Shown one piece after another: positions 36,401 to 49,970 of a DNA stretch of 64,000 nucleotides; position 1 is the first letter of the stretch; each line of letters begins with the position of its first letter. A model generated the notes under the pieces. It did not search any database, was not told the origin of the DNA, and worked only from the letters and a program-made list of their open reading frames with translations. Origin of the DNA: Eledone cirrhosa (Eukaryota); assembly GCA_964016885.1 (NCBI GenBank), contig OZ024743.1:377890001-377954000 (forward strand). Direction: 5' to 3'. The translations under genes were made by a program, and so were the position numbers.

Positions 36401-39400
36401 AATATAATTTTCACTAAAACTGTGAATTCCAACATTGAGGTTTGATCTCAATGACATGTACAATGTATCTTTTGTCAATATATAGTGTCTGTCTTTTGTG
36501 CACATTTAACCTGCCTAGTTTCTTTCTCATCCTTTCTCACTCCACATTCTTTGAGTTAGCATTACATATCCAACTTGCATATTTTCAAGCCTGCAGTTGA
36601 TGGCCAAGACTTATTCCTTATGCATTCTTTTTGCATCCCATCTCTATTTTGAGTCAAGGTATATATTATGCACATACATAGTGGTTTAGCCATCTTTTCT
36701 TTAGAATATCCTTATAATTTTACCACCCTTAGTATTTGGCTTATTTGTTGATTATAATGATGGTAAGTTCTTTAATAGCTTGTTCAAACTTTTTTCTTTG
36801 TTTCTACTAAAAGTGGGGAGTTCTTCAATTTCAAATCAGCTTTTAATAGTATTAATTTGAACAGTGTGTACATTTAATATGGCTGTCCTAGAATTTGCCC
36901 TGAAGCCTATGCAAGCCACGGGAGGTAAGTACACACTTAAATGATTAGATTTAGAGGAATGTCAGCCATTTTACAAAATATTGTAGAACTATAGATTAAA
37001 TTGTCATTGTACTTATAATTCATTAACATGCTGAGTCTTTTGTCTTTCGACATCACTTTCAATATTTTGAGTAATTTATTTTAGTTATTTTTCTGCTAAT
37101 GTGAACTTTGTGTGTAGTGTGGTAAATGGTTAGATCTGTATGTGATGCAAGCTATTTGAATTTTTTATTTCTGTCTAGACAAACATTAATAAATATAACT
37201 TTATCTTGATTACACTTGCGTGTAATTTTCTCTTTTTCTCCCGATTTCTTATTTTTTTCAGGCAGCATGGTGATTCGGTGATAGTGCTGGCATTGGTACT
37301 TTAAGAGTACTTTGTGTCCTTGCCATAGCTGCAGTGAGAGTATTTATTGCTATAAGTACCACAGGAATGAATGCATTAATAGGTTTACAATTTGTGCATC
37401 ACTTCTGCTAAAAATTAAGTCCAATAAGTTGCTCATGGATAGTAAACTACAAGCAAGTGTTTATGGTCATTTACTTGCCTTGCTAAAATAGGGATTGTTT
37501 GGTTTGCAGCCCCCATGACAGGCTTCATACTCAGTGTTTCTTTATTAGGCAATGCTTTATGGCTGGATACCCTTTTTCGTGCCAACATTTTTAGTTGTTT
37601 CTTAACACATACAGGGGTACAGTGTAGTAAGAAGCAATTTAAATGGTTGCCATGAAGGGCACCCACCTGTAATGCATTTCCCAATTCATGGACTCTGGTA
37701 ATAACTTTAATTAGGTGAGGGAATGGCTACAATTATTTGTTCATCAAACATTTTCCATTCTTAGGGTGGTGGAGTTCTTTCTAGATTTAAAATTCTATTT
37801 AACCATGGGTAAATATGTTCATTTAATTAATATTAATTAGATGAAGTTACACTGTTTGATGTTAATTATAGTTGAGTATCTTGTCATGGACTCTTTAAAA
37901 CAAGCAATGTATTATTTAGTTAGAATTTGATTCTATTGATCACAAATTAGATTGTTGATATATATTGGCAATCTAATTATACAAATATATTTTAACAATA
38001 TTACCAAATATTAATAAACTAAATTTAAGTTATTTAAACCATTTACCTACTTTCTTGGATTGTAGTATCTAAATAAAATCTATCAAATATGTACCTGTGC
38101 GTGTAATGCCGATCTTTAAATGAGGGGGATTAATGGGGTATCTTTGGGTAGAAATGAAAGGAGTATCATTTGAATTGGCTGCTTTTACACGCTCTTATCC
38201 TGAAAAGCTACATCTCAAGCTGGATTCAGCAAAAGTATCTCAAGAAATTTCAGCTGGCGTTTGTTGAACAGTTAGAAACTGTATTAGTTTATAAGAATAA
38301 ATGATTGCCCGTCAATTTGTCTTGCCTTCTGAGTACTTAACATGCAAGTTTTGTTTTTGTTTCATAATAAATAAAGTATTTCAATTTTGAACAGATGCAG
38401 GTTTAGTTGGTCAAGTTGGCTAGCAGCATGTTTTCAGAAATTTTAATTTTAAAAATAATTAGCATACTTTTAATGCTAATTGATATTTATTTAAATATCT
38501 GATTATAAAATTGAAGTATTAAAACTGATTTATGTAGCCAACTTGCTTTAAACTTGTTTCTTTCACTCTTGAGAGGTTCCCAACTCATTTAGATGGCTCA
38601 CTGTGCATTGAATGTTTATAAAGAGTTAATGTAACAACAATACTGAATAATTTTATGTTTGCTAATATTGTTAATCATTCATATATTTAATTAACTTTTT
38701 TTAATCTGAGGAAAATTAACATGTATTTTAATTGTAAAATCATAAGATTGTTTGTTTGTTGTTACAAAACTCTTTTGTCATCTATTTTGGGAATCTTTAT
38801 TGGGTTATATTGCCATGAATTGGCTAAGTTGTATTGTTCGAATCCATTTTTCGAAATTAAGAAGAAACCTTGTGATTCATTGGACAAGATTCATTTTCCA
38901 TGAAATAATGGAATTTCAAGAAAGAACATCAAAAGAGAAGCGGTAGGAATGATGTTACGTAATTTCTTGTTAAATGAAGACCAATTTCTGATTATGCATT
39001 TACATCTTAAATGTACAGCATTACAAACCTTAGGAATTGATAAACAGGTAGGAGAAACTCCACACTGTTGGTGGTCAACAATGATAATAAATGTACTTCG
39101 AAAATCAGTTTGTATCCTGGATATTTTTTTTTTTTTAACTGGTGATTGATTAGGTCATTAGTGACCTAACGAATATATCATAAGCATCACGATTCCTTCT
39201 AAAGCACCTGTTACGTTCCATTGTTTTGGATGTCAGGTAAGAGTTTGGATATTTCTTCATGCTCTAGATTTCAATTATATTTTTATAAGTTGTGTAGTTT
39301 GGTCTCGCCACCAAAAGATCTTTCACATGTGAACTTCAGTGTATTTTCAGTTGCAGTTTGGTCAAAACACTGAAATTTGGTCTTGTGAGATCATTCTTAG

Positions 39401-39478
39401 AATCTGAATGATCAAGCATTAGGTTTTTCTCATGTACACAAGGCTTGAGAATTGTGGAGTGATCTTGATTTTCATATT

Positions 39479-39511
<33 letters not shown>

Positions 39512-42335
39512 CTTTCATTTAGAAATGTATTTCATATTTTAAGTCTGTTCTTGTTCTTTTCAGGTCAAACCATCACAGAAATTACCAGTTCTATATTTGA
39601 TTGACTCAATAATAAAGAATCTGGATGAGTGTGAATACCCTCAACTTTTCAGCAAAAATATAGTTGCTATATTTTGTGATACCTTTGAAAAGGTTAGGAT
39701 GAGTTGCAGTGATTTTTACGTAGATTTCTAAATCTTGGTATTCATATGGGAGGGTTTTAAGAGAGGTAATTTGGGCAGGTGTTTTTGTGAATAAAGTTTA
39801 GCTTTTTCATTTTTGAGTACATCTAATTTTCTTTTGTCGTAAAATGTTATTAAAGAATGTTTCAATTATTTTGTGATGTACTTTGTATCATTTTTTTTTT
39901 CCATTCATATTGATTAGAATGCTTAATTATCAGTTTAAATATAAAAGTTGCTTGGCTAATTTTCTATTTTGAATTTATTAGTATTCTGCCAAATAGATTT
40001 GTTACACAATTCAAATTTAGTCTGCTGAATATATTTACATTATAATTAATAGAAAAGGTTTCCAAAACTACAAAAATTTGCAGAGTGGATGTTGGGGTTG
40101 TATTGCTAAATATACAGGTTTTTTTGGTGTATAGGTGGATGAAAAAACCAGAGCAGCAATGTACAAACTTAGACAGACTTGGCAGATGTATTTCCCTAAC
40201 CAGAAACTATATGCACTTGATATGCGTGTGAACTTGTTGGATCCAGCTTGGCCTGTCATCGCAGATCCTCCTGGACAAGGAAACATACATGTGAATCCAA
40301 GATTTTTAGTCCAGGTAAAAGATATCCTGCCAGCTCCAGTTGATGACCTTTTTCCCCCTTCCCATAGTTGCAATAAAAGATTAGTTAATTCCATTGTTAC
40401 TAACATATTGTCATTTCATGTGACAAATCTTCAGTTCAAAATTTTGTTGCAGTAAATTTTTTTTTATGTACAGGGAAATTCCGTTATAAAAAAATTCACA
40501 GGGTATAAGAAAATTTCTTTGTAACAAGATCGACTTAACACATTGAGTGTGTGGCCGGGGATTGAAAACAAATTTTGTTATACTGAAAAATTTGTTATAA
40601 CGGAATTTTACCTGTACATAGTTCATTGTAGGGAAATGCTTTTTCTTTTTTTGTTTTAGATCATGAGAATGAAATTTTCATTTTTATAATCTAAAAAAAA
40701 AAATGGGTTGCATTGAAAGTATTAAATCAAAATTGTTAGTATATATGTATTTGTTTTAAGAAAGTAAGGGGGGGGGGTCTAATTGGGATCATGTTACGGT
40801 TTTTATTTCATTGAATCTCTATTTTGATTTTTCTGTATTAATTCTGGCTTTTCCATCATGTTGCTACTATGGCAGTACTGTCTCTACTAGAATGGGTTAG
40901 TTTCTTGCGGGCTGTTTAGAGTAATAAAATATTGTGAATGGACGGACAAATAGTTTTTTTTTTTTTTTTTAGTAAAATGTTTGCCTCACAGCTCATTAAA
41001 ATGTACTCAATCTATTGTATATCGCCATAATATATATAAAATATTAGAATTCTAAATGTTCCATTTTATCTTAGTTAGAAGAGGGCTTCATTTCATGTAA
41101 TTCTTGGTAAAGTTTAGTTCCTTATACACTTTAGTTGGTCAATAGATGTAAATATATTTTTTTTTTTTTTTTTTTGCTGCACAAAATCTGAAAAGTTCTC
41201 TTTATTTCTTTCTCACTCAAAAGAATATTCATGTTTACAAAATAAACCTTGTCATCATCCAACTTCCCCCCTCTCCCATCTTTGTCTGGGTTACAATTTT
41301 GTGGTTTCCATACCAAAGAAATTTTTGTATTTTAGCCACCACAACACTTGTTGATTATGTAGGAGTTAAATATTTCATTCATCATTCTCATGGATTTAAA
41401 TATCACCTCATACTGTTCATTTAAATCTACTAGGCTTATTTCATTCAATCTAAATTAAATGAAGTTATCTGAAAAGCTGGGTAATGAGTGGTGGGCTTTT
41501 TCTTTAAAGTTTAGTTGTATAGATGTGTGAGCATTTTCAGTTATGTAAAGTTTTCTTTGCGAATAGCGATAATCTGGGTTATTTTCGTTTGTGATTATTT
41601 GAATGTCTTCGCGTTTATTCCTTACAATAAGATCTGTCTGAACAAGTTTGAAGCAGCAAGTTTTACAAATAAAATTATTGCTAATTTCAATAAAACTTGA
41701 CATTTTATTAACCTATCAAAATGTTCAGTAGTCAGGCAGCTAATTAATGCTGTCTTTTCTGAACAGAAAGAGGAAGAAAGAAAACCTGTAGAGCAACCAG
41801 AAACTGTGATGAGAAAACAATTGATAGCTAAGCAGCAAGAATTACTGGGAATATTGCAGCAACAGGTGGACCATGACTCAACAGAGCCTACTGCCAATTC
41901 ATCAGACAGTATCGACAAACACCAGGTAATGGTGTACTGGGTTCTATTTTTCCTGACAGAAAAATTGAGGCTACTAGGGTGTCTTTTTATGTACAGTGTT
42001 TTGATTTTTATTATATACAGCAGTAGGGACCAATTTAATTTATTTATATATATGGTAGATATGGATTAAGCTTTGAAGCAACATCTCAATTGAGATCCCC
42101 CTCCTAAGAAAGATGCATGTTATATAATGGGTTGTCTGTTTTTTTTTAGTTGGATGATGACTTGTATATACAGTATTGTCTTAAGTTTGACATTTATATT
42201 AGACATAATTAGTATTTTTAATTTCTATTCAGAATCGTTTTTATATATCTAACCATATAATTGATTCAGTATTTTTTTTTATTTTGCATTTAGTTAGTTA
42301 TATACTTTTTAGTTATAAAATAGTAATACTTATTT

Positions 42336-42367
<32 letters not shown>

Positions 42368-45300
42368 CTTTCCCACCATAGGATGATGACCTCTCTGTGA
42401 TTAGTGATTCATCACATACTGTGAAAGCATCTTCAATACTATCTTTACCAACAATTGTCCCTAATAATTCTACCAATAGACAGTTTATGAATTCAGATAC
42501 AATTCCCACATTTTTGTCCAATTCTGAGGCTTCTAAAAAAGCAAGTTTGCCTTTACCTAAAATTGGCGATGTATCCCAGGCTCCCAAACTTCACGAGAGG
42601 CAGAATAATACAAATATAAATGTGACACAATCTACTACTACTACTACCACTATTACTCCTACTCCTGTGGCAGTTCCAGTCAAAGCAGCCAGGGACCCTC
42701 GCCTTGCCAGAGATCCTCGGTTAGCATCTAGAGATCCTAGAATTCAACCTCTTAATCGCAAGAACAAAGATGACTCTAATAATACAGGAAAAACTGATAA
42801 AGACTGTTCAGCTCTCAGTACTATTTTTTCACATAGTTTATTGTCTAATATACGTAGTTTAGATGCTGTGTTGTCTCACTCTCATTCAAATCCTGCCTCA
42901 AGAGACACACACAAGCTAGATGTTACTCCAAATGTTGTTGATGATTCAAATGCCAGTAAAAAGAAACAGTTATTACCAAAGAGTGAACGAGAAACTACAA
43001 ATGAACAAAGGTTTTCACCTGGCCATGACTATGATGTAGAAGTAAGACCTGCATCCACCAGTGTTTCTTCAGTTCCTGATAGGCTTATGAATAAAAATAG
43101 TGCTGGAAATTTTATGGAATTAAATACATCAGAAGATTCCAAGCTATCTTCTGAAGGTATATCAATGGATGTGACAGCACCACAAGTCTCAAACAGTGTT
43201 ACTATGCATTCAGTTTCAAATAGTTCTAAATTATGTGGAGAAACTAGTGATTTAACAAATAATCCCATACAGTTTTCAGGTGATTATCTCAAAACTGATA
43301 CTGGCATTCAAAGCAAAATATGTGAAGAAGACAAGCATATTGATAAAGGCCAAACAAGTGATAAAATGCGTTCCTCCTCCAGAGATCGACAAAAGACCAT
43401 TGATGATAGTGAGAAGAGCCGTAGACGGGATGACCGGGAGAATTTACGCGAACATAGTCGTCATGGTCGAGATTTTAGGAGTAGTCGACGAGGTGACCGT
43501 CGGGACGATGAGGCAAGAAGATTAGGTGATAAAGATGACGATAGGCGTAATCGGCACCGAGAAGATGAATATCGTGACCGTAATACTGATAGGTTTGGTC
43601 GTGAACGGCGTAGTAAAGATAGATTTTCTAGTCGGCACGGCAGAGATCGCTATGATGATGAAGACCATGAGCGATCTAGATGGCGAAGAGGGAGGGATAG
43701 ATCACCTTTTAGACGGTCACCTGAATCTAGCAGTGGACGTAATTGGCATCCAGAGGAAAGAAAATATAAGGATCAAAGATCTGATATGTGGAAAAACTCT
43801 GGAGATGTCCACATGTCTCACATTGAAAATAGTGACCAGATGTCTTCAAAGGGGAATCAAATTCATCGAGGTCCGAATCTTAGCAAATCTATTTCTAACA
43901 ATAGTAGGCACGATAGTTCTGGTCCCAAGGAAAGTTTAAATGGCAAATCATCAGATGAGAAATCTCTGAAAAGAGATAGGGATTACAGAGATGTGTCTAT
44001 AGTAAATACACCATCTAACTGTGATCTCTCAGGACCATCTAGTCAAAAGCAAATGTGTACGGACCCAGGAATTGATGTATCAGAACATTCCAGTACTAAA
44101 GAAGATTTAAGGTTAGTTGATTTAATATCTTGCTATTTGACAGACATGCATATTAAAATTATTTTAACTTATTTAAATCAATTTACTATTAGTTTTTAGA
44201 TATCTACATACATGCCATTTCTTCAACTTTAGGATCTGTTTTCGGTTTGAAACCTAAATTGTTTTTTAAATATTAGTGTCAGATAAATATAACTTCTTGA
44301 TTTGAAATAGTTGTGTTGGTGTTTCACAACCACTTTAGTGTTAAAATATAACCAACTAATGTAGCTATAGTATTTTTTTTTATATTTTAATTGGCATAGC
44401 TTTGTAATGAATATTTTAAAATACTTTTCAGTGATTTATTTGGTAAAGAAGATCAAGATTACAGAGTACCTCCTGGCCGAATGAATGATCACAACACATT
44501 TATGAGAAGTAATAGTCACTCAGGTTGGGCAAAATACAAAGCTGATCATCCTAATAACTTTACAGATGAAAATGATACATCTCCAACTCCAATGGATATT
44601 GATGAGCGATACAAAGACGTTGATATGCGTTGGAATCCAGGCCAAAGGCCTGGCTGTTTGCAAAATCCGTTGAAGTCTCCATACTCTGGAAGAGTATTAG
44701 ATTCTGCTACAAGAAATGAACATGCTAATTTAATTAGAGGTGCAGCAAAACTAGCTATGTCAGGTGAATTATCTCATGAAGAACATCAGTTAGTTCTAAA
44801 GCAAATTGGTAATTTGCAGAATATGAACTATGATAAGTCAGGTAAAGATCTTGATCATTATGAAGATAATCGAGAAGGTAACTCACTAGCTAGAGATTTT
44901 GATCATAGGTCCCATGATGTTAAAAACTACCATCTACATGAACAGATGAAATCAGGCAAGTGGATGCCAGAAATGTCTGGGAGTAGTCCTCAAAGAGATT
45001 CATCCCATATGTTTCACTCTAATCATCGTCAAGATGCTGATATGAGAGGTCAAGTTAATGATATGCCACCTAATATGCAAATGTCTAATCGGCCACATCC
45101 AGTTCACTCAAATAATTCTTGGGCTCCAAATGCATTTATGCAATCTGATTTGATAGATCCACGTTGGAAGGGAAATGCTACTATAGCAGATAGTGAAGTA
45201 TCTGAAGTTTTAATTGATCATAAACCTTATGAGATTGTATTAAATGGAAAGCGGCGAAAGATTAGGTTGCATGGAAAGGTGTTTGAAATGTTTGCTGATG

Positions 45301-48300
45301 CGAGAGAGAGAGCTATATCAATTAATAACCACATATATTACCGATTTGGTGAAGATATTAAAGATGTGCAAATTGATGGTCGATGGCACAGAATACACTA
45401 TCAAGGGCAACCTAAAAATATATGGGTAGATGGACAAAGTTATGAGGTACGAGTGGATGCACCACCAAGGCGTATTATACTTAACAAAACTGAACACTTT
45501 CTCCATATTGATGGAAGAGATATGATGATTTTTATTGATAGAATAAAACATGGCATATATGGTGGTCCACCAAGAAATATATTTATTAACAATGGTTGTC
45601 ATGAAATAAGGTTTGACCCTCCACCAAGGCAAATTCTAATAGATGGTAAACAATGTGAATTGAAATTGAGTTGTCGTATACCTTTTGTTGTTATTGATTG
45701 CAAACCACATGGCATCAGGTTTGATGGTCCAGATCGAGAAATTATCATAGATGACACTTCGTACATGGTTCCAGTTGATAAACCAATAAAAATTCGACTT
45801 GGTAAACGTCCTCATTTTCTTGCATTTGGTGGTCCTGCTCATGAAGTTATTATTGATGGTAAATGGTTTGAAGTTCGATTTGATGGTCCGCCGGTAGAAA
45901 TTCATCTAGGGAATAGAACCCACTCTGTCATGCTGAAAGGTGCCTCTCCTAATGTAAAAATTCTTGGAGAATTACCTTTTATCCCTGAACCAAGTAGGCC
46001 TCAATTTAGTTTTGGAAATTCAAATATGTTTAATCCAACACCTCCTATAGTAAATAACTTTAATCAACCAAGAGTACCAGATAACTTTCAACCAAGGCCT
46101 CCACACTGGGATGTTGCATTTGAAAGGAGGCAAAATCAACCAGATACAATGGCAATGATTCGACAATCTCATTTCCCACCAGAGAGACCTTTAGAAAGCT
46201 TAAGATTTCCAACAATGCCTCCTATCATTGGATCAAACTCTGTACAACCACTCCCTGCTCCCAGTCTAATGAATAGTGGACAGCCTCCATTTTATCCCAA
46301 CATGACAGGAACTATTGGTGCAGTTGCACTGCCACCACTACCAACCCTACCCCCAGGCTTAGGTCCGGTTCCTACACCCACACCGGTTGCTCCACATCAG
46401 TTTCCTCAAATTACCTTCACAACAGGTTAGTGTTGCTCATTTATTTTTTCTTTTGTATATTAAAAATGTGTTTCATATTTCATATAACATTATTTAATTT
46501 TACTTTTTTGTTTTTTTACCTTAGCTGGCTTTGTTGGAAATATCTCTGCTCCTGCCATATCAACTGTTCCAGTTACTCAAACTGCTCTTGCAACAGCCAA
46601 TATTGTTTCTAATAATGTGTCTGTACCAGCTCCCCCTCTTTCAGTAAATGCTCCTACTTTATTACCAGGTCTAACATCTCTTCCTTCTGCACTCAACAAG
46701 ATGGTTCCTCCTCCTAATAATTTATGTAAGTCAATTTTATTTTGTTTCATTTTGTATTAATGGGGTCTTAATAAAACAATCATTAAAACTTAATTAATCA
46801 TAATTATCATTAAGTCTGCTTTTCCATGTTGACATATGTTGGATAGGATGTTTTGAGATAGTCTTATAGCTGGATACCCTTCCTGGCCCCAACCCTTTTA
46901 GTTGTCTATTACAACATGCAGGGACATATTAAACATTTTTAATTAGCTGTAACAGAAACTGTTTGGTCTTATAAAACTGCATTGTTGTGTTTATAAATCT
47001 AAAAAGGGGAAAAGAGAATGAACGAGAAGATACAAATATTTTGTTCACCTAATGATATTTTCATGTTCTATCAGTTCCTTGTTATGGGAACTAAATTAAC
47101 ATCTCTTCAGTATTGTAACTGAAATTGCTAAAGAATTACATATATTGTGTAAAAACAGTCTTTTTTTTTTTTTTTTTTTTTCAATTTAAGAACTTCTATT
47201 TGGGATGGCTTATTTAAAATTATCATATTTTAGTTATCTTAAAGTAAATCAACATGTAGTAAATGATATATTTCTATCTTTTTCAGTAACTGTAGGTCAA
47301 CCACAACCAGTAGTAACTCAGCCTATTGATGTTGCATCACTGTTCCAAAAACTTGTCAGTGCTGGTATTATTCCAAATAATGTCGCCAAAAAAGAAAAGG
47401 AAGAACCTCCTGAAAAGGTTTACATACTTTTCTATCTAGTATTTTGTCTGTTTGTTTTGTGAAAATCTATCTGTTATGATATTTCACGTTTTTTGTTCTC
47501 CTTTTATAGGAAAAGGAACCAGAACCTGAAGTAATTCCTGATTTGACTGATTTTAAGAGTGACAAATTAAAAGTGTAAGTATAATTTTTCTCCTAATAAT
47601 ACTTAACTTCATTTTTTAAAAACACTTAAATGTTGTATTTTTTTAATTTTAGTAATACTTGAATAAAATTTTTTCCAACTGTTAAAATTTGCTCCCTTCT
47701 GGGGCCTCAGGATATGCAAACTTTCTGTGTCCATCCCATGCCTCCCAGAACAGGTCACGGGTCTATCTCTAGTTTTTGCGGCATGAGATGGAGACTGCAA
47801 TATATTTTTCGAACAGGCCCCTCCACCTGAGGCCTTGAATAAAGGGTTCATAAAAATTGTAATTTTTGTAAAAAGTGTGTTGTCACGTTAATTTCATCTA
47901 ATTTCCTTTTCTGAAACTATAGAATGTGCTTTTTCATCACTGCATTCTTACTACTACTACTGCCATCATTTTCTTACTGAAGCATTTCTATAAATCAACT
48001 AAAATGCATCTAAAGAAAAATATTTAAATACCTAGTTTTATGTTAAAAACCTCTTTATATCTATGTTTTCTTTCATTTGTGTCACCAAAATTTGCATATT
48101 TATTATACAGATTAAAAATTTCGTTTAAACCATTCTAATTATACTATCATTATATTACATTTTAGATTCCCTTGTTTTACAAATTACATAACATATGAAA
48201 GCACCCCCATTAAATTTCCAATTGAATTATATTGTTCACTGAATACAGTCTATTGTCATGTTCAATGACAACCCCCAACATTGGTTCATTGTAAAATCAA

Positions 48301-49930
48301 ACGTGTTGAAATCTAAAGTGGGATTCAAGACTTGTGTCTTTCTGAAACATTGCTACTTTTGTTACAAGAAGCATCATGCTATTTGTTTTTGAAAAGATGC
48401 TTTAGGCTATGTACAAAATGAATGTATCTGCTTTTTCCAGTCTTCTATGGAATTACACCTATTGTTTACATGGATTCTTAACAGCTAAAAACAGGAACTT
48501 TAATAAATTTGATTAAATATCATTATCATCTCTAGTGTATGATTAATTGCTATTGGTTTGTTAAATTAAAATTTGGATTTATTTTCTATGTAATTTTTTT
48601 CTCTCTGTATATTGTAGAAAATATGTGCAGTTCATTAATGAGATATATGATGGTATCCAATGTTCATCTTGTGGTATACGTTTCACCGTGGATGATACTG
48701 AGAAATATCGAGAACATCTTGACTGGCACTTTCGGCAAAACAAAAAAGAGAAAGACGATTACAAGGTTGCTAAGTACAGAAAATGGTATTATGAGATGAA
48801 TGTAAGTATTTCTATGGAATGGGGTCATATCAAAAGCTCATTTGTTTTTTATTCCATAGGTTTCCAGTGCTTGTTGGGAAGTTGGTTAAGATATTTTTAA
48901 CTGTTTCCTTACCATATTTCTAATGAGTGACACAGCTCATCATTTTTAATATTAATAATTTGGAGTGATTTAGTGATATAACTAATTTTCATTATTAAGC
49001 TGGTTATGGGTGGTGGATTGGCGAAAATGCTTTGTAGAATTTAGTTACAACCGTTCAAATTCTGAGGTCGATAAAATAAACTTCATTTATTCAACTTTGC
49101 CTTCCTCTAAAATTACTGTCTTTGTGCCTATGTTGGAAACAATTATTAAGCTCGTATTTGGAACATAACAGTTCTTAAATAAAATTAGGATAGAACATTT
49201 CTAGATATAAACATTTTAAAACAGGCAGTTCTGTATCTGCTGGATTAGTATCAAAAGGATTAAATACACTCAAGCAGACAACTTATTAAATTTAGGGATT
49301 AAGAAATTGTTTCATTTGTGATATATGGAAACTTTTTAGAATAGGTACTATATGTATCAGGTAGTGAATTAGCAGTCATTAGAACATCAGCTAAAATGAT
49401 TTACAATATTCTTTCTGGCTCTCTGATCAAATTTCACTGTGGTCAACTTTGCCTTTCACTTTTTTCTCCTCTATCTCCTTCTCTGGAAGAAATTGCCTGT
49501 GTTCAGACTTGGAGAGAGTTGAGCTCAGCTGGGTTTTAAATGACCAAGACTCCATCACATGTTTACAGGCCCATACAGACACACTATTTTAACTACTACT
49601 AATTTATCGGGTTTACGTTGAAGGGATGAAATGCTGATTATTTAGGTTACTGGAATGAAATGAAATAATGTCTTATTCTCAAGTTATTTTTAACATTTTC
49701 TATCTGTTTAATATATGGGTTTTTTTTTTTTATTCTTTTCAGGAATGGGTCCAATATAAAGAGATTCAGGATGATGAAGAAAAGAGTAAGATTATATATA
49801 TATATTTTTGTTTTTATTAGTCCAACAATTGAATCCCCTCTGCTGGTGGTAGTCTCACTATATGTTCATTGAGTATCTTTCTACAATTAATTTACTTAAC
49901 AGAAATGAGTTTAAAAAATTTTTAATAAAC

Positions 49931-49970
<40 letters not shown>

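Noticed and set aside
43029-45905. Antisense and alternate-frame ORFs inside PCF11 exons 5-6
   Set aside because: Shadows of the long coding exons with no independent signals.
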